A stretch of 61,942 bases of DNA, filler included, from Candidatus Zapsychrus exili (GTDB lineage Bacteria > Omnitrophota > Gorgyraeia > Zapsychrales > Zapsychraceae), in the NCBI GenBank assembly GCA_030765585.1. It is 3 parts of 3 records of this genome, joined end to end, with 100 filler letters (N's around TTAATTAATTAA, not from the genome) between each part and the next. Parts side by side here need not be neighbours in the genome. Positions count along the whole stretch, not along the records: positions 47,949 to 61,942 come from JAVCCJ010000075.1; 2 more parts are not named here. One strand, given 5' to 3'. The notes below the pieces were generated by a model that worked only from the letters and a program-made list of their open reading frames with translations, was not told the origin of the DNA and searched no databases. Positions within the stretch are counted from its first letter, which is position 1; every line of letters begins with the position of its first letter. Both the position numbers and the translations under genes were made by a program. This document shows positions 49,635-58,441 of the stretch, in pieces.

Positions 49635-50639
49635 ATGCAAAAGAAGAAAATAAGCATAAATGATGTTGCCCGCAGAGCGGGCGTTTCTATTACCACGGTT
49701 TCTCGTGTAATAAATAATGTTCCTACCGTATCTAAAAAAAATCGTATTAAAGTTGAAGAAGCTGTTGCACATCTAAATTTCCAACCTGATGTAAGTGCCC
49801 AACGTCTAGCCAGCGGAACTAATAATTCAATAGGGCTTGTTATGCCAGGCTATCCTGGAATCTTTCATTCTTTTTATGCAGTAGAAATCATACGAGGCGT
49901 AGGACATTCTTGCGAATCATTAGGATTGGATTTGTTGTTTCATATTACAAATGGGTTTAATCCTCTTAATGCAAGTAATGTAGGTGGAATAATATTTGCT
50001 GATGTTATTGAGAATAGAAAACAGGTTGAAGAAGCAGTAAAAAGAGGTAAGCATTGTTTTATTGTAAATAATAATCTTCTGGATTTAGATGTAAACTATA
50101 TAGCTGTTGATAATAGAAAAGGCGGAGAACTAGCCGCAGATTATTTGTCTGGATTTGGACATAAAAAAATAGCGACAATAACAGGTGATATGAACACTCA
50201 GTCAGGTCAGCAAAGACTTAAAGGGTTTAAACAGATTTTAGAAGATAAAAAAATACCTTTGCCTGATGAATATATTTATAGGGGGGATTACTCCAGACGA
50301 TCTGCCAGATTGGCAGCAGAACATTTCTTAAATCTGGATGAAAGGCCAACAGCTATATTTGCAGCAAGTGATGACATGGCCTTAGAGGCTATAACAACGT
50401 TTATGGAATGTGGCATAGAAATACCAAAAGATATGTCTATAATTGGATATGATGATAACCCTGCCTGTCTTTATGGTCCAGTAGCATTAACAACTGTGAA
50501 GCAGCCTCTTTTTGAGATAGCAAAAGATGCCGTTAAGTATCTTCATGAGATTATAAATGGTAAGAATACTGAGAAAAAGAAAATTATGCTTCCGCCAGAA
50601 TTAATAGTAAGAGATTCTTGCGCCCTTGCCAAAAAATAA
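49635..50639 (+). CDS. LacI family transcriptional regulator
   Basis: SINDVARRAGVSITTVSRVIN HTH; PTAIFAASD, SIIGYDD, LTTVKQP, LIVRDS. Confidence 0.95.
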   Translation: MQKKKISINDVARRAGVSITTVSRVINNVPTVSKKNRIKVEEAVAHLNFQPDVSAQRLASGTNNSIGLVMPGYPGIFHSFYAVEIIRGVGHSCESLGLDLLFHITNGFNPLNASNVGGIIFADVIENRKQVEEAVKRGKHCFIVNNNLLDLDVNYIAVDNRKGGELAADYLSGFGHKKIATITGDMNTQSGQQRLKGFKQILEDKKIPLPDEYIYRGDYSRRSARLAAEHFLNLDERPTAIFAASDDMALEAITTFMECGIEIPKDMSIIGYDDNPACLYGPVALTTVKQPLFEIAKDAVKYLHEIINGKNTEKKKIMLPPELIVRDSCALAKK

Positions 50640-50652
50640 TCTCACCCACCAA

Positions 50653-50846
50653 TCAACTTTCTTTTCGCATAGAAAATGATAAAATAATATTTTTGTTCTT
50701 ATTTTGTTTGATCAATTCATACTCTTTAAGAACAAGTAACCATTTACTAGTAATTGCCTGTTGTGTTGTTTTATTCACTTGGTAACTACCTCCTTTCCTG
50801 GTTTTATCCAGTATAGCGGTTGTTACCGAAATTGTGAAGTACTACA
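50653..50846 (-). mobile_element. Probable IS481-like left-end remnant with truncated transposase
   Basis: Minus strand: TGTAGTACTTCACAATTTCGGTAACA end, internal TTCACA-17-TATACT promoter, AAGGAGGT SD, then GTG-started 41-aa ORF (50778-50653) MNKTTQQAITSKWLLVLKEYELIKQNK...; family assignment from recalled resemblance only. Confidence 0.5.
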
Positions 50847-50941
50847 CTGCCGGTAGGCACGTAAAGTCCCGTTGGAACCACGTCCCTTTACGGGCAGGGA
50901 ATCTCTGCTTCTCTAGTTGTGAGGCGGTAGCATAGCTTTCC

Positions 50942-50970
50942 TTGACAAATATAACCTTTCACGATACATT
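50942..50970 (+). promoter_or_regulatory. Sigma70-type promoter of mnmG
   Basis: TTGACA (50942-50947), 17-nt spacer, TACATT (50965-50970). Confidence 0.55.
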
Positions 50971-50972
50971 TA

Positions 50973-52865
50973 ATGTCAATTATGAAAAGAAAATATGATT
51001 GTATAGTTATAGGAGCAGGTCATGCAGGAGTAGAGGCTGCGTTGGCTTCTAGTCGCATGGATTGCTCTACCCTTATGGTAACATTGTTTTTTGATACTAT
51101 AGGGCAGATGAGCTGTAATCCTGCTGTAGGTGGAGTAGGAAAAGGTCAACTTGTCAAAGAAATTGATGCGCTAGGCGGGCAAATGGCCATAACTTCTGAT
51201 AAGACAGGTATTCAGTTTCGTCAACTTAATATATCAAAAGGCGCTGCTGTACGCTCATCAAGATGCCAGTCAGATCGTAAATTATATAAGCGTTATATGC
51301 AGGATATTGTTCGCTCACAAGATAATCTGGATGTGTTGGAAGATGAAGCTGTAGAAATTTTAGTTAAAAGCAATAAAATAATTGGTTTAAAAACAAAAAG
51401 CGGTAAAGAAATTAAATGTAAAACAGTTGTTGTTGCAGCAGGGACATTTCTAAATGGACGTATCCATATGGGGCAAAACATAACTCCTGGTGGTCGCATT
51501 AATGAGCCAGCCTCAACAGAATTGGTCGATAGCTTAAAGGGGTTGGGTTTTGGAATCCTGTCTTTTAAGACAGGGACACCTCCGCGCTTGGATGGCAAGA
51601 CAATTAATTTTGAAGGATTAGAGGAGCAACATTCTGATAAAATTCCAGTACCATTTTCTTTTAAAACAAAAGAAATCTTAGGAAATCAAAAGCTACTTCC
51701 TTGTTACATTACCCATACAAATAAAAGGACGCATGATATTATAAAAGAGAATATGCATTTATCTCCCATGTATTCTGGCCAGATTAATTCTACGGGAGTA
51801 AGATATTGTCCTTCAATAGAAGATAAGTTAAAAAAGTTTGGAGACAAGACAAGCCATCAGGTTTTTCTTGAACCAGAGGGGTTGGATACTGATGAATATT
51901 ATCCTAACGGGATATCTACTGGATTGCCTGCCGATGTTCAAGAAAAGTTTGTACATTCAATTAAAGGATTAGAAAAAGTTAAATTTAATTGTTATGGCTA
52001 TTCAATTGAACATGCTGTCATTCCTCCTACATCGCTCAAAGCTTCTTTAGAAACAAAGGCTGTTAGTGGTCTTTTTTTGGCAGGACAGATAAATGGTACA
52101 ACAGGGTATGAAGAAGCAGCTGCGCAAGGATTAATGGCGGGAATAAATGCTGCTTTAAAAGCTAAAAAAAAGAAGCCTTTTGTTTTAAAAAGAGATCAGG
52201 CGTATATTGGAGTCTTGATAGATGATCTTATTACGAAAGGTACTGAAGAGCCGTACAGGATGTTTACATCCAGAGTTGAATATAGACTTATAGTTAGAGA
52301 AGATAATGCAGACAACAGGCTTGCTAAAGATGGCTATAAGCTTGGATTATTAAGCAAAGAAGAATACGAAAAGGTGCAAGAAAAATATAAACTTATAAAC
52401 AAGGAAATAAAGCGTTTAAAGAGAGTGCGCATAAAAAAGAGTTCGGAATTAAATGATGAGCTAGAGAAAAGAGGAAGTTCTCCATTAAGACAGTCTACTC
52501 TACTTTACGATCTTTTAAAACGTCCTGAAGTAGATTATAAAATGATAGCATCTTTTGATGAGGGAGCAGGGGAATTATCAGATAAAGTTATTGAGCAAGT
52601 TGAGTATGAGACAAAATATGAAGGCTTTATTATAAGGCAGTTAAAAGATGTAGAGCGTTTTAAACATATTGAGAATATTAAGATTCCAAAAGATATAGAT
52701 TATGATTCAATCGCAAGTTTATCTTTTGAGATTCGTCAGAAACTAAAAGCATTTATCCCTGAAAACTTAGGTCAAGCTAATAGAATATCCGGTGTTACAC
52801 CCGCTGCCATATCAATACTTATGGTGTATTTGAAGAAAAGAAGTTTAGAGAAGAGAAAGAAATAA
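50973..52865 (+). CDS. mnmG: tRNA U34 carboxymethylaminomethyl modification enzyme MnmG (true start may be ATG 50982)
   Basis: VIGAGHAGVEAA, MSCNPAVGG, RYCPSIEDK, AGQINGTTGYEEAAAQG, YRMFTSRVEYRL. Confidence 0.98.
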   Translation: MSIMKRKYDCIVIGAGHAGVEAALASSRMDCSTLMVTLFFDTIGQMSCNPAVGGVGKGQLVKEIDALGGQMAITSDKTGIQFRQLNISKGAAVRSSRCQSDRKLYKRYMQDIVRSQDNLDVLEDEAVEILVKSNKIIGLKTKSGKEIKCKTVVVAAGTFLNGRIHMGQNITPGGRINEPASTELVDSLKGLGFGILSFKTGTPPRLDGKTINFEGLEEQHSDKIPVPFSFKTKEILGNQKLLPCYITHTNKRTHDIIKENMHLSPMYSGQINSTGVRYCPSIEDKLKKFGDKTSHQVFLEPEGLDTDEYYPNGISTGLPADVQEKFVHSIKGLEKVKFNCYGYSIEHAVIPPTSLKASLETKAVSGLFLAGQINGTTGYEEAAAQGLMAGINAALKAKKKKPFVLKRDQAYIGVLIDDLITKGTEEPYRMFTSRVEYRLIVREDNADNRLAKDGYKLGLLSKEEYEKVQEKYKLINKEIKRLKRVRIKKSSELNDELEKRGSSPLRQSTLLYDLLKRPEVDYKMIASFDEGAGELSDKVIEQVEYETKYEGFIIRQLKDVERFKHIENIKIPKDIDYDSIASLSFEIRQKLKAFIPENLGQANRISGVTPAAISILMVYLKKRSLEKRKK

Positions 52866-52866
52866 A

Positions 52867-53607
52867 ATGTCTTTAAACAAAAAGATTTTTTACCAGAATA
52901 ATACGTTTAGATTCTTTGTATTGCTTGTTTTTTTCGTAGCTTGTTGGTTTTTAGGCAGGATATTTGAAGTAGATATATATGAGTATCAAGATTTTCTTTC
53001 TAATTATTCTCTTGTCTTGTCAGGTACGATTTTTGTTTGTCTTTATGTAGCTATTACCACTTTTGTTTGGTTTGGGCCTAAGGATGTTTTTAGGATATTA
53101 GGCGCTATTCTTTTTGGCCCACTTGTAAGCACTATTTTTGTTTTTATAGCAGAGATGTTTAATGCATTTATATTGTTTTCTTTGAGTCGTAGACTGGGTA
53201 GAAAATTTATTGAACAAAAGTTTAAGTTAAAGTCGAAGCAGTTAGACAATACTAGCCAAGCGTCTGGGTTTTTAGGTATTTTAGCATTAAGAATAAATCC
53301 AATTATTCCTTTTCGCATTCAAGACCTAGGAGCCGGTTTATCTTCAGCGTCGTTTAATAAATATTTAATAGCTATTGCTATAGCATCTCCAATTCGTATT
53401 TTTTGGTTGCAGTATATTTTGGCAGGGGTAGGGCAGAATATTTTTAAGGATTTAAGTTCTGTTGTTAATTTTTTAATGGATAATCCAGTTATTATTGTTT
53501 ATAGCCAAATATATTTCCTTATCATCATCATTTTATCTGTTATTGCATTAGTCGTAAGAAAAAGTGGTGCCAAAAAAGTGGTGCCTAGCACTGTAGATAC
53601 TATTTAG
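52867..53607 (+). CDS. VTT-domain (TVP38/TMEM64/DedA-like) membrane protein
   Basis: GAILFG, LSRRLGR, LRINPIIPF pattern; multiple TM segments. Confidence 0.85.
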   Translation: MSLNKKIFYQNNTFRFFVLLVFFVACWFLGRIFEVDIYEYQDFLSNYSLVLSGTIFVCLYVAITTFVWFGPKDVFRILGAILFGPLVSTIFVFIAEMFNAFILFSLSRRLGRKFIEQKFKLKSKQLDNTSQASGFLGILALRINPIIPFRIQDLGAGLSSASFNKYLIAIAIASPIRIFWLQYILAGVGQNIFKDLSSVVNFLMDNPVIIVYSQIYFLIIIILSVIALVVRKSGAKKVVPSTVDTI

Positions 53608-54616
53608 CACCTTTATCGATAAGAAGTTTTATAATATCGGCTTTACTTGCGCGCATTAAAGGGGTGATTCTAAATAAGTCTGGTTGATTCACATCTGCTC
53701 CAGCTTCTATCAATAATTTAGCGACTTCTAGTTGATTAGGAAAGTTTTCTCCTGTGTTACTTACTGCTTCACTTAATGGAGTGTATCCGTTATAGTCGGG
53801 TTTATTTACATCAGCACCTTTTTTGATTAATAGTGAAATAATTTTTTTGCGACCCCACCAACTTGCCTCAATAAGAAGAGTTTTTCCTTCTAATGGCCCA
53901 TGACGATTAATATCGTTTTCTTTATCTAAAAGAAGATTTATGGTATTAATATGTCCACTTCGAACAGTTTTAAAAATAGCAGTAGGACTTATTATGGCTT
54001 TTTTCTTTAAAAGGAACTTTAAGACTTCTAAGTTCCCAGAATAAGCTGCTATATCAGCAGCAGTTTCTAAATCGTTTTCTGAACTCGACCACCCTTTAGC
54101 ATTAATGTCAGATTTCTTTCTCATGAGCAATTTAACTAAGCTAAGGTCTCCTTTATAAGCAGCGCACATAAGCGGTGTCCAATCCCAGTTTATATTAAAT
54201 CCATAGATAGCTCTTCTATACCCACGGACGTCTATATTGGCTCCAGATAAGATTAAAGCTTTGGCAGCTTTTAGATAGTCATACATAATAGCATTGATTA
54301 GTAGAGGGGAAGGTCCTGTGCTTATTAGATTTGGGTCTGCTCCACGTTTTATAAGAAGACGGACTAGTTTATTCCTATTGCCAGAAACAGCAGCCTGCAA
54401 AGCATCGTTAAGTCTGTTTTGTGGTTTATTTTCTTCTAGCTTTAGCATTTTTTTAACAGCTTTAATATTTCCATTACGAGCTGCAGAGTAGAAACCTCCT
54501 TTTTTAAAATTAGCAAAGGCAAAAGAAGCGAATAAGACTAAAGATAGAAGACTAAAGACAGAAGACATCTTAAGAAATTTTTGGATTTTAATTTTTAATT
54601 TTTGGTTTTTAGTCAT
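53600..54616 (-). CDS. Exported ankyrin-repeat protein
   Basis: Signal-like segment, then repeats such as TPLMCAAYKG, KGADVN, TPLSEA, TPLMRA. Confidence 0.88.
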   Translation of the reverse strand: MTKNQKLKIKIQKFLKMSSVFSLLSLVLFASFAFANFKKGGFYSAARNGNIKAVKKMLKLEENKPQNRLNDALQAAVSGNRNKLVRLLIKRGADPNLISTGPSPLLINAIMYDYLKAAKALILSGANIDVRGYRRAIYGFNINWDWTPLMCAAYKGDLSLVKLLMRKKSDINAKGWSSSENDLETAADIAAYSGNLEVLKFLLKKKAIISPTAIFKTVRSGHINTINLLLDKENDINRHGPLEGKTLLIEASWWGRKKIISLLIKKGADVNKPDYNGYTPLSEAVSNTGENFPNQLEVAKLLIEAGADVNQPDLFRITPLMRASKADIIKLLIDKGAK

Positions 54617-55221
54617 TAGTTAATCAAGGTTTGTTTTAACACCACTTCTGCCATCATCGAAGCACACATTGTAACTCTAGGAGACATAGGAGGGTGTCCG
54701 TCGTTTGTATCTGTTTTATTATCTCCAACAAAATAAATATTGTCTAGCTTTTTAACTAAAATTGGATGTTCATTTGATATTCCTGCCATGCCATTTCCAG
54801 TTATAATTGTTGGAGCCTTATCTTGATAATATTCAACAAATTCGTGTTTATATTCTGTTTTGTCGAACGCTTCAATAATAAATTCACAATTCTTAAAAAA
54901 GTTTTCACCGTTGTTTTTTGACCATTTGACATGGTGTGCTTTTATATTAAGGTCTGGATTTATTTTTAGAAGTCTATTTTTAAGTGTATCTATTTTATTT
55001 TGGCCTATTTCGTTAATAAAATATTGTTGGCGGTTTAAGTTAGAAGGCTCTATTGTGTCTAAATCTAATATCTCAATGTTTTTAAATCCAGATCTGACTA
55101 AGATAATAGCTACATTTGATCCCAAACCTCCAGCGCCACCAATTCCTATATTAACAGATTGGATTTTATCAAATTGTTCTTGGGTTAAATATTTAAGTAA
55201 ACCTTCATGGAATTGATTCAT
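54616..55221 (-). CDS. thiF: ThiS adenylyltransferase ThiF
   Basis: GAGGLGSN, DTIEPSNLNRQ, EAFD, PRV; in the thi operon. Confidence 0.9.
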   Translation of the reverse strand: MNQFHEGLLKYLTQEQFDKIQSVNIGIGGAGGLGSNVAIILVRSGFKNIEILDLDTIEPSNLNRQQYFINEIGQNKIDTLKNRLLKINPDLNIKAHHVKWSKNNGENFFKNCEFIIEAFDKTEYKHEFVEYYQDKAPTIITGNGMAGISNEHPILVKKLDNIYFVGDNKTDTNDGHPPMSPRVTMCASMMAEVVLKQTLIN

Positions 55222-55222
55222 G

Positions 55223-55639
55223 TTATTTCTCGTCGTAAATTTCCTCTTCTGCGTCTTCTTGATATAGCTCTTGAGGGTCTATATCATCTTTTATATGAGT
55301 TTTGACTTTATTTCTTTTTCTGTCCACAATTTCTTGAGTTTGTTTGTATAGAGAATCAAAGGCATCTATTAAAAGCGTTGAAAGAGGTGTATGATTTACT
55401 TGTCCTTTTTTAGGATCTTTTTTTACTAAAATATGATGTTGTGGAGCAATACGAGCTTCTATGTGTATATTGTATGAATGATCAACATGTTGATTGTTTT
55501 GAATTTGTTCTAGAGTGACATGACAGCTTATTATGTCGTCACAAATACGATCTAGTTTAGATATTTTTTCTTCAACAAGTTCTGTGATATCGCCTTTATC
55601 TTTCCATCCTTTTAAAGTTAATTTTAATGGCGTTTGCAT
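55223..55639 (-). CDS. HPF/RaiA-family ribosome-associated protein
   Basis: KLDRICDDIISCHVTLE...Y.IHIE...DAFD...KVKTH pattern; acidic tail. Confidence 0.72.
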   Translation of the reverse strand: MQTPLKLTLKGWKDKGDITELVEEKISKLDRICDDIISCHVTLEQIQNNQHVDHSYNIHIEARIAPQHHILVKKDPKKGQVNHTPLSTLLIDAFDSLYKQTQEIVDRKRNKVKTHIKDDIDPQELYQEDAEEEIYDEK

Positions 55640-55653
55640 TTTTTCTCCTTATT

Positions 55654-56676
55654 TTATGCTACTTCATTTTTAATTCTTCTCCAGTCGGTTAAGACCGGAT
55701 CAAAATTTTGTTTTTTTAATAGTTCTATTATTTCTTTTGTGGTTCGGTTATCTTTTATATCAAATTGAGGACTTTGTTCTTGTGGTGTTTCTAAGGTATA
55801 TCCTCCGACTGAAGTATTGGATTCAGCTGATATACGAGTTACACCAAGCCCAAGCGCCTTATCTCTTAAATTTTTATTTTCTCTTGTTGATAAATTTATT
55901 CCAATACGAGGGAATAGAATGCGTGTAAGGCAAATAATTTTAACTAATGTAATATCGTCGACATCGCAAAAGGAAAGATTCTCTCCCTTAACAGTTCTAA
56001 GTCTAGGAAAGGAGAGGCTGTATTCTATTCCAGGAAAATTACGTTCCATTTCTTTTAGATGTTGATAAAGGCAATAGACATCTTCTGCTATATTTGAAAG
56101 TCCAAGAAGTACTCCCATAGAAATGTATCTTATGCCAGCGAAGGCCGCGCGATATGGGGTTTCTCTTCTGTAATTATAATCTGCTTTTTTGCCGGATATG
56201 TGAAGCTCTTTGTAGCGGTCTTTATCGTATGTCTCTTGATAAATTGTAATTCCATCTACACCACTTAGAAATAATTCTTTGTATTCATGACTTTCCATTG
56301 GATAGACTTCTAAAGATATGTTGGGAAAATAATTCTTTGCTATTTTGACAGCTTCTTTTAAATATGGCAATGGCGTTATTTTATGTGATTCTCCAGTTAG
56401 AAGCAAAATATTTTCAATACCTTTGTTTGCTATGTAAGACATTTCCTGCTTAGTTTGTTCAGGTGTTAATTTAAAGCGTTTCATTTTGTTGTGACTATTG
56501 AAACCGCAATAAGTGCAATGGCTATTACAATAGTTTGATAAATAAAGGGGGGTATAGAGAGAAATCGTCCTTCCGAAATATTGTTCGGTAAGTTTTTTAG
56601 CTTTTTTAGCTAAACTTTCAATATATTGTGGATCATCGTTGTTTAAGATGCTTTTTAATTCTTGTAAGTCGATCAT
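55654..56676 (-). CDS. thiH: 2-iminoacetate synthase ThiH (radical SAM)
   Basis: LYTPLYLSNYCNSHCTYCGF, YQETY, SFPRLR, LSTRE. Confidence 0.93.
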   Translation of the reverse strand: MIDLQELKSILNNDDPQYIESLAKKAKKLTEQYFGRTISLYTPLYLSNYCNSHCTYCGFNSHNKMKRFKLTPEQTKQEMSYIANKGIENILLLTGESHKITPLPYLKEAVKIAKNYFPNISLEVYPMESHEYKELFLSGVDGITIYQETYDKDRYKELHISGKKADYNYRRETPYRAAFAGIRYISMGVLLGLSNIAEDVYCLYQHLKEMERNFPGIEYSLSFPRLRTVKGENLSFCDVDDITLVKIICLTRILFPRIGINLSTRENKNLRDKALGLGVTRISAESNTSVGGYTLETPQEQSPQFDIKDNRTTKEIIELLKKQNFDPVLTDWRRIKNEVA

Positions 56677-57458
56677 AACTTTTCGTAAAGAAATCCTGTT
56701 AAAGGAGAGGAGGCCTCTGCTTGGTTGCGCGATTCTCTTAAGCTGCTTAAATATGCTAGTCTGCCAGCTTCAATTGCCAGTGAGAAGCTTTTTGCTATTG
56801 TAATTGGATCTTTTGCTGTTGCAACAGCTGTGTTAACTAAAACAGCATCTGCGCCCATTTCCATTGCCTCAGCAGCTTGTGATGGAGCCCCTATGCCAGC
56901 GTCTACTATAATTGGAACATCAATCTCTTCAATTAAAACTCTTATAAGCTCTTTTACTCTAAGCCCTCGATTGCTTCCTATCAAGGAACCCAAGGGCATA
57001 ACCGTATGTGCTCCAACATTCACAAGTTCACGCGCTACATAAAGATCAGGCGAAACATAAGGAAAAACGATAAAACCGTCTTTTACTAATTCTCCGGCTG
57101 CCTTTATAGTTTCGTTATTGTCAGGTAAAAGATATTTGCTATCGTTTATTACTTCAATTTTTATCCAGTTTCCGCATCCAGACTCCCTAGCTAGATTAGC
57201 AATTCTTATAGCTTCTTTTGCATTTCTAGCACCAGAAGTGTTGGTCAGTATTGTTATGTTATCTGGAATGTATTCTAATATATTCTCTTCGCTACGCTCT
57301 ATGTCTATTCTTCTTAGAGCTACCGTAACTAGTTCTGTGCCAGAGTTTATTATAGACTCATGCAGGTTAGTTTTGTTTTTGAATTTTCCAGTACCGAGTA
57401 AAAAGCGGTTTTTAAATTCTTTGTTATTTATAATTAATGGATCGTTTATTTTATTCAT
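56673..57458 (-). CDS. thiG: Thiazole synthase ThiG
   Basis: LLGTGKF, TVALRR, WIKIEVI, MPLGSLIGS, DAGIGAPS, ASSP. Confidence 0.97.
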   Translation of the reverse strand: MNKINDPLIINNKEFKNRFLLGTGKFKNKTNLHESIINSGTELVTVALRRIDIERSEENILEYIPDNITILTNTSGARNAKEAIRIANLARESGCGNWIKIEVINDSKYLLPDNNETIKAAGELVKDGFIVFPYVSPDLYVARELVNVGAHTVMPLGSLIGSNRGLRVKELIRVLIEEIDVPIIVDAGIGAPSQAAEAMEMGADAVLVNTAVATAKDPITIAKSFSLAIEAGRLAYLSSLRESRNQAEASSPLTGFLYEKL

Positions 57459-57471
57459 AATGATTAATCTA

Positions 57472-57672
57472 TTATCCTCCTCCGACGAAACTTACAAGCT
57501 CTATTTTGTCACTGTCGTTTACTGCGACATCTTGCCAATTAAGACTTTTGACTATTTTTCCATTTACCTCAGCTATGACGTACTTAGGTGTTTTGCAGGT
57601 TTGTTTAATAAGGTCGCTTAAAAGAAGCCGTTGATTAAACGATCGTTCTTTACCATTTATAATAATGTTCAT
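57472..57672 (-). CDS. thiS: Sulfur carrier protein ThiS
   Basis: 66 aa ending IELVSFVGGG. Confidence 0.95.
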   Translation of the reverse strand: MNIIINGKERSFNQRLLLSDLIKQTCKTPKYVIAEVNGKIVKSLNWQDVAVNDSDKIELVSFVGGG

Positions 57673-57791
57673 GATGGTGTATCTTAGAATATTTCTTATT
57701 AAAAAGCAAATATTAATAAAATACTTATACTTATTACTGATATTAATTATTCTTTGACTATAATTTCTTATAATGGCATAATAAATCCCTT

Positions 57792-57989
57792 ATGGAGCAA
57801 TACATCTGTCCTAATTGCAAGAATTCTATTTATGATGAGGATGTGCTTTTATGTCATTTTTGTGGAGAAAGCCTGCAAAGAGCATCGAAAGGCTTTATAA
57901 GTAAAATTAGGTATTCAAATCAAAAAATAATTTGGTTTTTTTTGATATTTTTGGTATTATTTGGGTTCGTGCTTCTTTTAGTTAGATAA
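57792..57989 (+). CDS. Small zinc-ribbon membrane protein
   Basis: CPNC...CHFC plus C-terminal TM helix. Confidence 0.7.
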   Translation: MEQYICPNCKNSIYDEDVLLCHFCGESLQRASKGFISKIRYSNQKIIWFFLIFLVLFGFVLLLVR

Positions 57990-58004
57990 GGAAATAATGA
58001 GCTT

Positions 58005-58406
58005 ATGGATAATGTAAATATACAGCAAGATGAAGCATTCGGATATCAGCTTCTTTTAGATCTTTATGATTGTAAAAGCCAAGTCTGTGATGACCTTGGA
58101 CTTTGTTATCAATTTCTTGATGAGATTGTAGATGCTTTGGGTATGGAGAAACAAGCCCCACCAAATATATTTAGAAGTGATGCTGTACGTTTTCCAGATA
58201 AAGCAGGATTGTCAGGATGGGCTCCACTAATTGAAAGCTCAATTGTAATTCATACTTTAACTGTAAAAGATTATATTTCTGTAGATGTTTATTGTTGCAA
58301 GAAGTTTAGCGTAGAAGTAGCAAAAGAAATGTGTAATAAATTTTTTGGTCCAAAAAGAATAGAAGAGCAATATTTTAAAAGAGGAATAAATTATTACAAA
58401 GAGTAA
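58005..58406 (+). CDS. speD: S-adenosylmethionine decarboxylase-like pyruvoyl proenzyme
   Basis: FGYQLLLDLYDC, GLSG...LIESSIVIHT (ES cleavage site), SVDVYCC, RG. Confidence 0.75.
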   Translation: MDNVNIQQDEAFGYQLLLDLYDCKSQVCDDLGLCYQFLDEIVDALGMEKQAPPNIFRSDAVRFPDKAGLSGWAPLIESSIVIHTLTVKDYISVDVYCCKKFSVEVAKEMCNKFFGPKRIEEQYFKRGINYYKE

Positions 58407-58441
58407 TCGTAGATAACTTACGATAGCTATATATTTTTATC

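Noticed and set aside
50781..50940. 6S RNA, SRP RNA, tmRNA, RNase P RNA or group II intron fragment
   Set aside because: None of their hallmark motifs is visible; the segment is better explained as an IS-like end, promoter and palindromes. An Rfam search would settle it.
57118..57621. 167-aa plus-strand ORF and the other short antisense or alternate-frame ORFs in the track (e.g. 54..434, 25762..26169, 41453..41812, 54860..55216)
   Set aside because: They overlap well-supported genes on the opposite strand or frame and show no recognisable motifs.
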